From positions 1 through 64,000 of the forward strand of contig CAVWBU010000036.1 in the NCBI GenBank assembly GCA_963753345.1: a DNA stretch of 64,000 nucleotides. The letters are read 5' to 3'. This DNA comes from an uncultured Fibrobacterota bacterium (GTDB taxonomy: Bacteria; Fibrobacterota; Chitinivibrionia; Chitinivibrionales; FEN-1185). Below, piece by piece: positions 10,421 to 21,732 of the stretch (its first letter is position 1; the number at the start of each line of letters is the position of its first letter). The notes beneath the pieces are model-generated. The model did no database searches, was not told where the DNA came from, and saw nothing but the letters and a program-made list of their open reading frames with translations. Made by a program: the position numbers and the translations under genes.

Positions 10421-10520
10421 CGCATCACGAAGCTTTTTCACGCTCCGCATCCACCGAAGGCCTTTTGTAAAGCGGCCTTGGAAACGGGGTATTTGTTCCA
10501 TGTTCAAATAAAGTTGAGGT

Positions 10521-11774
10521 ATGTCGATGAATGTTGCCGAACTGAAGACCCGGGCCATGACCGAACTCTACGACCTGGCCACAAACCTGAACGTCGGAGA
10601 GCACCGCAATCTGCGCAGGCAGGAGCTCATTTTTAAAATCCTTCAGGCGCAGGCCGCGCAGAATGGACAGATGTTCGCCGAGGGCGTGCTTGAAATAATG
10701 CCCGACGGATTCGGTTTTCTCCGCTCCCCGCTCAACAGCTACCTTTCGGGCCCGGACGATATCTACGTCTCTCCATCGCAGATAAAGCGGTTCTATCTCA
10801 AAACCGGCGACACGGTGTCGGGGCAGGTGCGCCCGCCCAAGGATTCCGAGCGCTATTTTGCGCTGCTGCGCGTCGAGATGGTGAATTACGAGGACCCCGA
10901 GGAATGCAAGAAGAAGGTGAACTTCGACGACCTTACGCCGCTGTTTCCCAACCAGCGCTTCAACCTCGAATACGACGCGAAGGAAGTGTCCACGCGCATC
11001 ATGAACCTCGCCACTCCCATCGGCAAAGGCCAGCGAGGGCTTATCGTCGCGCCGCCCCGCACGGGAAAAACGGTGCTGCTCAAGAACATCGCCAACGCCA
11101 TCTCCACCAACCATCCGGAGGCGGTGCTCATCGTTTTGCTCATCGACGAGCGGCCCGAGGAAGTCACCGACATGTCGCGTTCCGTAAAGGCTGAGGTGAT
11201 CAGCTCCACGTTCGACGAGCCGGCCGAGCGTCACGTGGTGGTGGCCGAAATGGCCATCGAGCGCGCCAAGCGGCTCGTGGAGCACAACAAGGACGTGGTG
11301 ATCCTGCTCGACTCGATCACCCGTCTGGCGAGGGCGCACAACACCGTGGCGCCGCATTCGGGAAGGATCCTGTCGGGCGGCGTTGATTCACAGGCCCTTT
11401 ACAAACCGAAACGGTTTTTCGGCGCGGCACGGAACATCGACAACGGCGGCAGCCTCACCATCATCGCCACGGCGCTCATCGAAACCGGCAGCCGCATGGA
11501 CGAGGTGATCTTCGAGGAATTCAAGGGTACCGGCAACATGGAGCTCGTGCTCGACAGGAAAATCGCCGACCGCCGCATCTACCCGGCCATCGACCTCATG
11601 AAGAGCGGCACGCGCAAGGAAGAGCTGCTGCTCACCCAGGAGGAGCTCAACCGCATGTGGGTCCTGCGCAAGTTCCTCGCCACCATGACGCCGGTGGAAA
11701 TGATGGAATTTCTCAAGGAGAAGATCACCGGCACAAAGACGAACAAGGATTTTCTGGAGTCGATGAAGAGCTAG
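10521..11774 (+). CDS. rho: Transcription termination factor Rho
   Basis: [45 protein letters not shown]. Confidence 0.98.
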   Translation: MSMNVAELKTRAMTELYDLATNLNVGEHRNLRRQELIFKILQAQAAQNGQMFAEGVLEIMPDGFGFLRSPLNSYLSGPDDIYVSPSQIKRFYLKTGDTVSGQVRPPKDSERYFALLRVEMVNYEDPEECKKKVNFDDLTPLFPNQRFNLEYDAKEVSTRIMNLATPIGKGQRGLIVAPPRTGKTVLLKNIANAISTNHPEAVLIVLLIDERPEEVTDMSRSVKAEVISSTFDEPAERHVVVAEMAIERAKRLVEHNKDVVILLDSITRLARAHNTVAPHSGRILSGGVDSQALYKPKRFFGAARNIDNGGSLTIIATALIETGSRMDEVIFEEFKGTGNMELVLDRKIADRRIYPAIDLMKSGTRKEELLLTQEELNRMWVLRKFLATMTPVEMMEFLKEKITGTKTNKDFLESMKS

Positions 11775-11908
11775 GGCGGAGAAAAGAGTTGAGAAGTTGA
11801 GGAGTTGAGAAGTTTGGTAGTTTGGTGCCGGTTACTTTACCCTGCGCGACCCATTCTTTTCAACGTTTCAACGTTTCAACGATTCAACTTTCCTTTTGGG
11901 GGCTTTCC

Positions 11909-12715
11909 ATGCGCGTAGCAGTGCTCGGTTGCGGCAACATGGGGCGGGCCATCATTGCGGGCCTCCTCAAGGCCTACGACGACGTTTCGATAATCGCGTT
12001 TGACAAGAGCGAAGCCGCGCTCAAGTTCCTTCCGGACGAGGCACTGGTGGTCCCGCCCGACGAGTGGGACCTCGATGAGAACCGGCCCGACGCCGTTGTC
12101 ATTTCGGTGAAGCCGCAGGACATCGCCGAGGCGCTCGCCCTGTTCTCGGGCCTTGCCCGGCGGGACGACAGCCCCCTGTTCATGTCGATTGCCGCAGGCA
12201 TCGCCATCGCAAGACTTGAAAAGCTTCTGCCGCAGCACGCGCGCATCTGCAGGGTGATGCCCAACACGCCGGCACTGGTGGGCGAGGCGATGTCGGCATA
12301 CTGCCTCAACAGCCGGTGCCGCGATTCCGATAAGTCAATTGTCGAGCGGGTCCTCGGCTCGTTCGGCAGGGTTGTCTGCGTGCCGGAGAAACAGCTCAAT
12401 GCGATCACCGGTCTCTCGGGAAGCGGTCCCGCCTATGTCTATCTGTTTATCGAGGCCCTCATCGAAGGCGGCGTGGCAGCCGGCATCCCCTATGCCGTGG
12501 CACGGGAATGCGCGGTGCAGACCGTGGTGGGAGCGGCGCGCATGGTCCAGCATGGCGACGAATCGCCGGCCGCACTCAAGGCGGCGGTGATGTCGCCTGG
12601 CGGCACCACGGTACGCGGTCTTATGGAGTTGGAAAAGAACAAGTTCAAATTCTCGGTTATCAAGGCCGTCACCGAAGCGGCCGTGCGCGCGGAGGAACTG
12701 GGCAGGCAGGAATAA
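11909..12715 (+). CDS. proC: Pyrroline-5-carboxylate reductase
   Basis: GCGNMG, RVMPNTP, SGSGPAY, SPGGTT. Confidence 0.95.
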   Translation: MRVAVLGCGNMGRAIIAGLLKAYDDVSIIAFDKSEAALKFLPDEALVVPPDEWDLDENRPDAVVISVKPQDIAEALALFSGLARRDDSPLFMSIAAGIAIARLEKLLPQHARICRVMPNTPALVGEAMSAYCLNSRCRDSDKSIVERVLGSFGRVVCVPEKQLNAITGLSGSGPAYVYLFIEALIEGGVAAGIPYAVARECAVQTVVGAARMVQHGDESPAALKAAVMSPGGTTVRGLMELEKNKFKFSVIKAVTEAAVRAEELGRQE

Positions 12716-12757
12716 GCCGCATTCGCGCGATTCGGGGAAATCACGAAAGGATCGGAC

Positions 12758-13580
12758 ATGAAGGTGATGAGCATTGTTGCCGCGCTGGTGATTGCCGGCG
12801 CTGTTTTCGGGGAAGACCCGCAGGAAAGCAAACTGCTTCCTGCCGGGAGCGCTGCGCCCAGCTTCTCCCTCCCTTCGCTCTCGGGCGACAGGGTCTCGCT
12901 CTCGACGTATTGCGGGGAGACCCTTTCCAAGCCTTATATCAACAAGGTCCGTCATACGGTGGTCCTCAGCTTCTGGGCAACCTACTGCAAGCCGTGCCAG
13001 AAGGAAATTCCCGAGCTTCAGGCGTTTGCCGAAAAGCACAGGAACAACGACATCATGGTCATATGCATAAGCATCGACAAGGAAGGCGCGGACATCGTGG
13101 GGCCGTTTGTAAAGGAGAAGGGATACGCCGTGCAGGTTCTTCTCGATCCCTACGCCAAGACCTCGGAGCGCTACGGAGTGAAATCGCTGCCCGCGCTGTT
13201 CGTTATTGACACAATGGGAATCATCCGGTTTGCTTCGCGCGGCTACGACGCGAAGAATCCGCTGGGCCCCAAACTTGAAAAGGTCCTTAAGAGCATTCGG
13301 GAAGGAACAAAAATTTCGGTCGTGGACGACGGCGGTGCGGTGGTTCCCGTCGAACCGGCCGGATCAAAGGGACCAAAGTCCGGAGGTGACGAGGCCGTCC
13401 GGCCGGGCAAGCTCTCTCCAAAGCAGCGATGGAACGCAATTGCGCGCGTGGAATGCGGCGAACCCATCGACAAGGTCGCGGCTGCGGTCGGCGTTGCCCC
13501 GTCGGAACTTCACGCATGGTACAGCGATCTTCAGGAAGGCCGCAACCGCACTGTGGGCCGCCGATACATCGGCCCGGTAG
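12758..13580 (+). CDS. Exported TlpA/ResA-like redoxin with C-terminal HTH-like domain; +1 frameshift near 13530
   Basis: Signal peptide and FWATYCKPC motif. Removing one base gives ...HAWYSDLRKAATALWAADTSAR*. Confidence 0.8.
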
Positions 13581-13679
13581 TCCGGTCTTCACCCCGCCGC
13601 ACGGGCGGTTCTTCTTTTTGACTTGGACGCCGGCAGCGGCGATTTTATATTTGAAAAGGAGAGGATCCGGAGATTCACC

Positions 13680-14549
13680 ATGCCTACCTTCACCATTTCG
13701 GTAAACAACAAAGTGCTGGGCACGTATGTTGTCAAAAAAACGGTGATTACCGTCGGCAGGTCCCGCACCAACACGATCTCCATCGCGAGCAAGGCAGTAT
13801 CCCGCACCCATGTCCGCATCGAGCTTTCCCGGGAAGGGTGGACCGTCACCGATCTCGGGTCGCTCAACGGAACGTATGTAAACGACATCAGGATCACCAA
13901 TGCGTTTCTGTCCGAAGGCGACAAGGTGACGATCGGTGCCTATGCCATCATGTTTTCGCCGGAGCCCGCGCAGGAGGCTTCGGAGGAGGAATTGCGGCCT
14001 GCTGCCGCCCAGCCTGAATCGGAAGAGGCGGACGCCGATGTCCGCGTGGAAGGCTCGCCGCCTTCCACCGAGACGGCTCTGGAACCGCCGAGAGACCAGC
14101 CGATACCCGTCGCGGAACCGCAGCCGTCTGCGAGGGAATTCCGCGCGGCGGAAGCTCCCGCTCCCGCCGCCGTGCAGAACACGGTTGAGGGCGACGCGGT
14201 TGAGGCCGATACCGGACCGCCTGCTCATCCAGACACGAAGGCATTCACGATTGCCGACGGCGCCGACATTGACAAAAAAGGAGAGGTTGACGGAGGACAA
14301 TCTTCAGACAACGGGAAGGAAGCGCGACTGGCGCTCCTCCGGAGCAATCCGGCCGGCCTCCAACTGGAGGACAGGGTTCGTCTGGCGGTCATCGAAAATC
14401 CTCTTGCCGATGAGGCCGATATCAGGAAACGGCTTTCGGATCCCGATTTCGGGGGTGCAAACGTCGGCAAATCGGAATTGCAGGCAATACTCAAGGCCCT
14501 CGGCCTTGAAACCAAAATCAAGCGGTACAACTATTTTCTGCATTCGTAA
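13680..14549 (+). CDS. FHA domain protein with acidic Pro/Ala linker and C-terminal helical domain
   Basis: VGRS...VSRTH...DLGSLNGTYVN. Confidence 0.88.
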   Translation: MPTFTISVNNKVLGTYVVKKTVITVGRSRTNTISIASKAVSRTHVRIELSREGWTVTDLGSLNGTYVNDIRITNAFLSEGDKVTIGAYAIMFSPEPAQEASEEELRPAAAQPESEEADADVRVEGSPPSTETALEPPRDQPIPVAEPQPSAREFRAAEAPAPAAVQNTVEGDAVEADTGPPAHPDTKAFTIADGADIDKKGEVDGGQSSDNGKEARLALLRSNPAGLQLEDRVRLAVIENPLADEADIRKRLSDPDFGGANVGKSELQAILKALGLETKIKRYNYFLHS

Positions 14550-14628
14550 ACAGGCGGGGTCGCTTGCCTGTGCATCTCGGGCGCAAGCCGCCTTGCTGGG
14601 GGAATTCTCTTTCTCTCCGCGGGTCCTG

Positions 14629-14964
14629 CTAAGCGGCTGGAGGCGGGGAAGACTCGGACGCAGGATTTCTTTTCCAGTAGTTGTCGTTCACACGTTTCCT
14701 GAGTTCCTTTGAGGCTTCGAACACCGGTTTATATCCTGCCTGCACCTGAATATGTTCGTTGGTACGAGGATTCCGGGCGCTTCTTGCGCGCCGCTCCTTA
14801 ATCTTGAACCTGCCGAACCCCCGGATTTCGATGTTTCTTCCCTCCTGAAGCGACTTGGAAACCGCCTCCAAGAGACTTTCCACAACAATCTTCGTGTCGA
14901 CTTGGGTGAGGCCGGTCGTATCTGAGATCTTTTCCACAAGATCCTTTTTTGTGATGTTACTCAT
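14629..14964 (-). CDS. HU/IHF family DNA-binding protein
   Basis: TKKDLV, IEIRGFGRF, ARNPRT. Confidence 0.93.
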   Translation of the reverse strand: MSNITKKDLVEKISDTTGLTQVDTKIVVESLLEAVSKSLQEGRNIEIRGFGRFKIKERRARSARNPRTNEHIQVQAGYKPVFEASKELRKRVNDNYWKRNPASESSPPPAA

Positions 14965-15448
14965 GGGCGTTGCTCTTTCGCTGGGAAGTTAACGTACCTT
15001 ATCCTGTCTTAGGAGGGTTCAAGTAAGAACCAGGATTATAGTAACTGCTTTATGTCTTTATCAAGAAATAGAATATATTTGGTTATCCGCCAAAATCAAG
15101 GTTTTTTTTAAGATTGGAACTGCCACAAGTAACTGAAAAGGGGTGAGTTAAGGAAAGGCCACGATATATGGTGTATGGCGCAATGAGCAGCCACTAGAGG
15201 GCAATTTTGATTTCGAGCGCGGTGCATTAAATGAAGCTGCTCCATACTATTGTGAAACCGCGGATGGCATTCGCAAGTGTGCGGAAGCACATTAGTCTTG
15301 AGAAAGCGATTCCCTTTTGTGAAGAAAAGGCGGCCTTGTCACGACAGCCGCCGGGATTATGGCGCCTGCTTCCAAGACATTGCATCACCGGCTGCTGGAA
15401 GGATCATCACAAACCCAGCCGGGAACATTCGTATTTGCTCAAAAATTC

Positions 15449-15477
15449 TTGACACCTCAATACAGTTGTGTTATATT
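15449..15477 (+). promoter_or_regulatory. sigma70 promoter of the groE-dnaK operon
   Basis: TTGACA-N17-TATATT with extended -10 TG. Confidence 0.8.
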
Positions 15478-15478
15478 A

Positions 15479-15505
15479 TTAGCACTCATTTACGATGAGT
15501 GCTAA
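15479..15505 (+). promoter_or_regulatory. CIRCE element (HrcA operator)
   Basis: Perfect TTAGCACTC-N9-GAGTGCTAA; hrcA is in the same operon. Confidence 0.97.
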
Positions 15506-15565
15506 TAATTCTCTTATCAAAACGTAATTCTGTCAAACTTAACCACATTTCAAGGAGGAGTTGTT

Positions 15566-15850
15566 ATGAACGTCAAGCCTTTGGCCGACCGGATTGTTGT
15601 AATGCCGTTGGAAGCGGAAGAAAAGACAAAAGGCGGGATCATCATTCCCGACAATGCCAAGGAGAAACCTCAGAAGGGTGAAGTGATCGCCGTGGGACCC
15701 GGCAAGATTTCCGACAATGGAGCGAAGATTGCCATGGAACTCAAAAAGGGCGACAAGGTGCTGTACGGCAAATATTCAGGGACCGAGGTCACCGTGGACG
15801 GCAAGGAATACCTTATTGTAAGAGAAAGCGACGTGCTGGCGATAATCTGA
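15566..15850 (+). CDS. groES: Co-chaperonin GroES
   Basis: [23 protein letters not shown]. Confidence 0.98.
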   Translation: MNVKPLADRIVVMPLEAEEKTKGGIIIPDNAKEKPQKGEVIAVGPGKISDNGAKIAMELKKGDKVLYGKYSGTEVTVDGKEYLIVRESDVLAII

Positions 15851-15924
15851 TTTTTACCGAAGGAAGCCGGAACTATCGCATCAGAAAGAAATTCATCCCA
15901 TCAAATAAACAGGAGTGAGTAACC

Positions 15925-17574
15925 ATGTCAGCAAAGCAATTAGCGTTTGATGTCGTTGCGAGGGAAAAACTGCTCAGGGGAGTGGACGTCCTTGCCAATG
16001 CGGTAAAGACAACCCTCGGTCCCCGCGGCCGCAACGTTGTTCTTGACAAAAGCTTCGGCTCTCCCACCGTCACCAAGGACGGCGTGACCGTTGCCAAAGA
16101 GATCGAGCTTGAAGACAAGTTCGAAAACATGGGCGCCCAGATGGTGAAGGAAGTCGCGTCCAAGACCTCAGATGTTGCCGGCGACGGTACAACCACCGCC
16201 ACGGTGCTCGCCCAGGCAATTTCCCGGCAGGGAATCAAGACGGTAACCGCCGGTGCGAATGCCATGGCCGTAAGGCGCGGCATTGACAAAGCGGTGAAGG
16301 CCGTTGTGGAAGACCTGAAAAAGCAGTCCAAGCCCATTGCCGGCAAAAAGGAAATTTCGCAGGTCGCCGCGATTTCGGCAAACAACGACCAGGAAATCGG
16401 CGAGCTTATCGCAGATGCCATGGAAAAAGTGGGAAAAGACGGCGTCATCACCGTGGAAGAGGCCAAGAGCATCGATACGACGCTCGAAGTCGTCGAGGGC
16501 ATGCAGTTCGACCGCGGCTACGTTTCCCCGTATTTCGTCACCAACACCGAGACCATGGAATGCATTCTCGAAGAACCGTATATCCTCATCCACGACAAGA
16601 AAATCAGCGCGATGAAGGACCTTCTGCCCCTGCTCGAAAAAACCGCGCAGTTGGGCAAGGGCCTCCTCATTATCGCCGAAGAGGTCGAGGGCGAGGCGCT
16701 GGCGACGCTCGTGGTGAACAAGCTCCGCGGAACGCTCAAGGTCGCGGCTGTAAAGGCTCCCGGCTTCGGCGACCGCAGAAAGTCGATGCTCGAAGACATC
16801 GCGGTCCTCACCGGCGGCATCGTGATCTCCGAGGAGGCGGGCTTCAAACTCGAGAACACCACCGTGGATTCGCTCGGCAAGGCCAAGCGCGTGACCATTG
16901 ACAAAGAGAACTCAACCATCATCGAAGGCGCGGGCAAGAAGGAAGACATCAAGGGCCGGGTGAACCAGATTCGCAAGCAGATAGACGAAACGACCTCCGA
17001 TTACGACAAGGAAAAACTGCAGGAACGCCTTGCCAAGCTCGCCGGCGGCGTCGCCGTGATCAACATCGGCGCAGCCACCGAGACCGAGATGAAGGAAAAG
17101 AAGGCGCGCGTGGAAGACGCACTGCACGCGACCCGCGCCGCGGTCGAGGAAGGCATTGTGGCGGGCGGCGGCGTTGCTCTTATCCGCGCCGCGGCGGCGC
17201 TCGATTCGCTCAAGACCGAGGGCGATGAGAAAATCGGCGTTGACATTATCCGCAGGGCAATCGAAGAACCGCTCCGCTGGATCGTGCAGAACGCCGGCAT
17301 GGAGCCGTCGGTGGTCGCCAATGAAGTCAAGAACCATAAGGGCGGGTACGGTTTCAACGCCTACACCTGCAAGTACGAAGACCTGCTCGCGGCCGGCGTC
17401 ATCGATCCGACCAAGGTCGTGCGTTCCGCGCTCGAAAACGCGTCGAGCATCGCGGGCCTTATCCTGACAACGGAATGCATTGTCACCGAGAAGCCGAAAG
17501 AGGAAAAAGAGCCTGCGACGGGAATGGGTGGCGGCGGCATGGGCGGCATGGGCGGTATGGGCGATATGTATTAG
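15925..17574 (+). CDS. groEL: Chaperonin GroEL
   Basis: GPRGRN, GDGTTT, GGM tail. Confidence 0.99.
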   Translation: MSAKQLAFDVVAREKLLRGVDVLANAVKTTLGPRGRNVVLDKSFGSPTVTKDGVTVAKEIELEDKFENMGAQMVKEVASKTSDVAGDGTTTATVLAQAISRQGIKTVTAGANAMAVRRGIDKAVKAVVEDLKKQSKPIAGKKEISQVAAISANNDQEIGELIADAMEKVGKDGVITVEEAKSIDTTLEVVEGMQFDRGYVSPYFVTNTETMECILEEPYILIHDKKISAMKDLLPLLEKTAQLGKGLLIIAEEVEGEALATLVVNKLRGTLKVAAVKAPGFGDRRKSMLEDIAVLTGGIVISEEAGFKLENTTVDSLGKAKRVTIDKENSTIIEGAGKKEDIKGRVNQIRKQIDETTSDYDKEKLQERLAKLAGGVAVINIGAATETEMKEKKARVEDALHATRAAVEEGIVAGGGVALIRAAAALDSLKTEGDEKIGVDIIRRAIEEPLRWIVQNAGMEPSVVANEVKNHKGGYGFNAYTCKYEDLLAAGVIDPTKVVRSALENASSIAGLILTTECIVTEKPKEEKEPATGMGGGGMGGMGGMGDMY

Positions 17575-17601
17575 ACCGTTAGTCTGTTTTAGAAAAGGAA
17601 G

Positions 17602-17627
17602 CCATGGGGAGGCGTTTCTCCCCATGG
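17602..17627 (+). terminator. Stem-loop between groEL and hrcA (stabiliser or partial attenuator)
   Basis: CCATGGGGAG-N6-CTCCCCATGG without a strong U tract. Confidence 0.5.
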
Positions 17628-17642
17628 TCCTATATAAAAGCC

Positions 17643-18680
17643 ATGAGTGAAGACCGATTATCAGACCGTGAGCATCATGTCCTTGAGGCGGTGGTGCGGA
17701 ATTACATTCTGAGCGCGTCGCCGACAGGCTCGCGATTTCTGTCCAAACAGCCGGATTTCGATTTCTCTCCGGCCACGATCCGGAACATCATGGGCGACCT
17801 GGAGGAGCGCGGGTTTATATCGCAGCCGCACACCTCCGCAGGCCGGGTCCCCACGGACAAGGGATACCGGTACTACGTGGACAGGATGATGAGCTCCATG
17901 GAGCTCCCCGGGGAAGTCAAAGAGCAGATAAAGACCTACTTGACAAAGGTCGAACCGTCGGACCTCCATCTCCTTATGGAGGCGACGTCAAAAGCGCTGT
18001 CGCGCGCTACGCACCAGCTTGGCATCATTCTCGCGCCGAAGCTCAGCAGCGGCGTATTTCGCCATGTGCACATCTTTCCCATAGATTCGCAGCGCGTGCT
18101 GATGCACCTCACCATAGATTCCGGTTTTGTAAAGACCATGGTGCTCGAGCTCAAGACCGAACTGTCTCCGGACAGGCTTCAACGCGCCTGCCAGGTGATC
18201 AACGAGCGCTTTTACGGGCTCACGCTTGAGGACATGCTCGTGAAGGAAGACACCGTATTCAAAAACGTCGAACCGTTCGAACTCGGCCTCATCCGCCTCT
18301 TTGTGCCGTCGATAAAGCGGCTCATAGAATCGGAGCGGGACGAAGCGGTGTTCGCCGAAGGCGAAACTAATATCATGGTGCAGCCGGAGTTCTTCTCCAG
18401 GGACCAGGTGAGCGGGATCATTGAGATACTGGAGGAGAAAAAGCTGCTCCTTCATCTGTTCGAAATGGAACAGGCGAGCCAGTCCGGCGTGGTTATCTCC
18501 ATCGGCGGCGAAAACAAGGAGGGACAGCTGCAGTCGTTTTCCGTTGTCAAGACGCAGTATCAGCTTGGACACATGGAAGGGACGCTGGGGGTTATCGGCC
18601 CAACGCGCATGCCGTACCCGTTCCTGGTGAGCGCGGTTGACTATACGGCAAAACTGCTCGGGCAGTTGTATTCCACCTGA
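17643..18680 (+). CDS. hrcA: Heat-inducible transcription repressor HrcA
   Basis: SPATIRNIM, QPHTSAGRVPTDKGYRYYVD, GVIGPTRM. Confidence 0.96.
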   Translation: MSEDRLSDREHHVLEAVVRNYILSASPTGSRFLSKQPDFDFSPATIRNIMGDLEERGFISQPHTSAGRVPTDKGYRYYVDRMMSSMELPGEVKEQIKTYLTKVEPSDLHLLMEATSKALSRATHQLGIILAPKLSSGVFRHVHIFPIDSQRVLMHLTIDSGFVKTMVLELKTELSPDRLQRACQVINERFYGLTLEDMLVKEDTVFKNVEPFELGLIRLFVPSIKRLIESERDEAVFAEGETNIMVQPEFFSRDQVSGIIEILEEKKLLLHLFEMEQASQSGVVISIGGENKEGQLQSFSVVKTQYQLGHMEGTLGVIGPTRMPYPFLVSAVDYTAKLLGQLYST

Positions 18681-18701
18681 TCCGGGGGTGAAGGAAGGAC
18701 C

Positions 18702-19502
18702 ATGGAACAGCATACCCATAATCACAAGCACGACAATCCCGAACATCCGCATCCGCACAATCATCATGCAGGCGGAAGCCATGGTGATGCGGAGAAGATG
18801 CATCCTGAACCGGACCAGCAGAAACCGGCAGGACATTCGGATGATGCGCAGCCTAAGAATTCCGATGCAAAGGCAGGGGAGCAGACGGCGGCTCAACCGG
18901 CAGAAGGCCGGCAGCAGAACAAGGACAAGGAAAAAATCGCGGATCTCGAATCCCGGCTCGCCGCTGCAAACGACAAGTATCTGAGGCTGATGGCCGAATT
19001 CGACAATTTCAAACGGCGAACCGCCAAAGAGTATCAGCAACTCATAGAACAGGCGAACGAAAAGCTTATCAAGGACATCATTGATGTGCGGGAAAATTTC
19101 GAACGCGCGTTCAAGACCCATAAGGAGGGTGCTGATCCCAAGCCGTTTGTGGATGGAATGAAGATGATTTTTTCGAAACTTGACGGTGTGCTCCACAAAC
19201 ACGGGCTCGAGGTGTACTCAGAGGCCGGGCAGGAATTCGATCCGCAGTTGCACGACGCGATGATGAAATCGGCGCACGAAACGGTTCCCGAGCACCACAT
19301 CGCCGAAGTATGCGAGAAGGGATACAAGCTCAGGGGCAAGGTGATCAAGCATTCGAAGGTCATCGTTTCGAGCGGGAAACCCTTGCCGGGCGATGAAAAG
19401 CAGGCTGCACCCTCGTGCGTGGATACGGGAGACGAAACGGTCTTTGAAGTGTCGGTAAAACCGAAAGAAGAGGGAACAACTGACGATACGGCAGGCGCCT
19501 GA
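18702..19502 (+). CDS. grpE: Nucleotide exchange factor GrpE with His-rich N-terminal extension
   Basis: YLRLMAEFDNFKRR, FDPQLHDA, KGYKL. Confidence 0.95.
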   Translation: MEQHTHNHKHDNPEHPHPHNHHAGGSHGDAEKMHPEPDQQKPAGHSDDAQPKNSDAKAGEQTAAQPAEGRQQNKDKEKIADLESRLAAANDKYLRLMAEFDNFKRRTAKEYQQLIEQANEKLIKDIIDVRENFERAFKTHKEGADPKPFVDGMKMIFSKLDGVLHKHGLEVYSEAGQEFDPQLHDAMMKSAHETVPEHHIAEVCEKGYKLRGKVIKHSKVIVSSGKPLPGDEKQAAPSCVDTGDETVFEVSVKPKEEGTTDDTAGA

Positions 19503-19560
19503 TCGCCTTACAATACTGCGTCAAGATGCACGTTATTCATAGAGAACAGAAGGAGTTTTT

Positions 19561-21514
19561 ATGGCTAAGATAATAGGAATAGATCTAGGCACCACGTTCT
19601 CGTGCGTGGCGATCATGGAAGGCGGAAAACCGGTTGTGATCCCCAACGCCGAAGGCGAGCGCACCACGCCCTCGATGGTCGGGTTCACCAAGGCGGGAGA
19701 AAAACTCGTTGGTTCGATCGCGCGCCGCCAGGCGATCACCAATCCGGAAAACACCGTGTATTCAATCAAACGGTTCATGGGACGGCGCCACAGCGAGGTG
19801 GAGAACGAGGAGAAACGCGTTCCCTACAAGGTGACCGGCGGGGCGAATGAACTTGTCAAAGTGGAAGCCGGCGGCAAGGAATACACACCTCCCGAAGTCT
19901 CGGCGATGATTCTCCAGTACCTCAAGAAGGCCGCGGAGGACTATCTTGGCCAGGAAGTCAAGGAAGCGGTCATTACGGTGCCGGCGTACTTCAACGACGG
20001 CCAGCGCCAGGCCACCAAGGACGCGGGCCGCATCGCGGGGCTCGACGTGAAGCGCATCATCAACGAGCCCACGGCCGCGTCGCTCGCCTATGGGCTCGAC
20101 AAGAAGAAGAACGAGACCATCGCGGTGTACGACCTGGGCGGCGGCACGTTCGACATATCGGTTCTTGACATCGGAGAAGGCGTGTTCGAGGTCCGCTCCA
20201 CCAACGGCGACACGCACCTCGGCGGCGACGACTTCGACCAGGTGCTCATCGACTGGATCGCCGACGAGTTCCAGAAGCAGCAGGGCATCGACCTGCGCAA
20301 GGACCGCATGGCGCTCCAGCGGCTCAAGGAAGCCGCCGAAAAGGCCAAGCGCGAGCTGTCAAGCGCCATGCAGGTGAACATCAACCTGCCGTTCATCACG
20401 GCCGATGCGAGCGGCCCCAAGCACCTCGACATGAACCTGACCCGCGCGAAATTCGATCAGCTCACCGCGTTCCTCGTGGAACGCACGGTGGAGCCGTGCC
20501 GCAAGGCCATCGCCGACGCGAAGGTGAAGCTCGAGGACATCGACGAGGTGATCCTGGTGGGCGGACAGACACGTACCCCTGCGGTGCAGAAAAAAGTTGA
20601 GGAGATATTCTCAAAAGTTCCGAACAAGAGCGTGAACCCCGACGAAGTGGTGGCGGTGGGCGCGGCGATTCAGGGCGCCATACTCGGCGGCGACGAGACC
20701 GTGAAGGACATTCTGCTCCTCGACGTGACGCCGCTTTCGCTCGGCATCGAGACGCTCGGCGGCGTGATGACCAAGCTCATCGAGCGCAACACCACCATTC
20801 CCACAAAGAAAAGCCAGATCTTTTCCACCGCGTCGGACAATCAGCCCGCCGTGTCGATCATGGTGTTCCAGGGCGAGCGCGAGCTCGCGTCGCACAACAG
20901 GCTGCTCGGAAAGTTCGACCTCGTGGGCATCCCGGCCGCGCCGCGCGGCGTGCCGCAGATCGAGGTGACGTTCGACATCGACGCCAACGGCATCCTCAAG
21001 GTGAACGCCAAGGACCTTGGCACGGGCAAGGAACAGCAGATTCGCATCGAATCGTCGAGCGGTCTTTCCGAATCGGAAATCAAGAAAATGGTCAAGGAGG
21101 CGGAATCGAACGCGGAGCGCGACAAACAGGAACGCGAAAAAATCGACGTGAAGAACCAGGCCGACCAGGTGATCTACCAGACGGAAAAGACCCTGTCTGA
21201 AGTAGGCGACAAGATTCCGCTCGACGACAAGAACAAGATCCAGTCGGCCGTCGACGACCTGCGGAAGAAGCTCAAGGGCGACGACATTGCCGCGATCAAG
21301 GCGAGCATGGATGCGCTCATGAAAGCGTCCCACAAGATGGCAGAGGAAATGTACAAGAACGCGGGTGCGCAGGCGCAGGGCGGGCCGCAGGGTCAGGCCG
21401 GGACCCGGACCGCAAGGGCAGGCAGGACCGGGGCCGCAGCCTGGGCAGCAAGATGGGAAGAAGGACGGAGAAGGGCCGGTGGATGCGGATTTTACGGTGG
21501 TAGACGACAAGTAA
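19561..21514 (+). CDS. dnaK: Chaperone DnaK; apparent +1 frameshift near 21401, true stop probably 21512-21514
   Basis: [15 protein letters not shown]. The shifted frame gives the canonical tail ...[15 protein letters not shown]. Confidence 0.97.
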
Positions 21515-21732
21515 AAGGCATTCTTAGCGCACTGGATATTTTGAAAAATAAAATTCAAGATATGGAAGGGCCTCGCTGGCCCTTAGACCCGGCAAGGAAA
21601 ATGCTTGTTATAACGCCCCACCAACCTCCCCCCGGGGAGGCTATTTATAAAGGGTTTATTTTCGTGAAGAAATTCTTGTAAATAGTCGAGTAATTTCACC
21701 TGGTCTATTTTTTATAAAAAAAGAATTGATCT

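Noticed and set aside
9967-10428. Short minus-strand ORFs upstream of rho
   Set aside because: No recognisable motif or RBS; one is just the translation of the palindromic element.
21400-21681. Extended 706-aa DnaK C-terminus from the ORF track
   Set aside because: Product of a +1 indel; the canonical DADF tail is in the other frame and ends at 21514.
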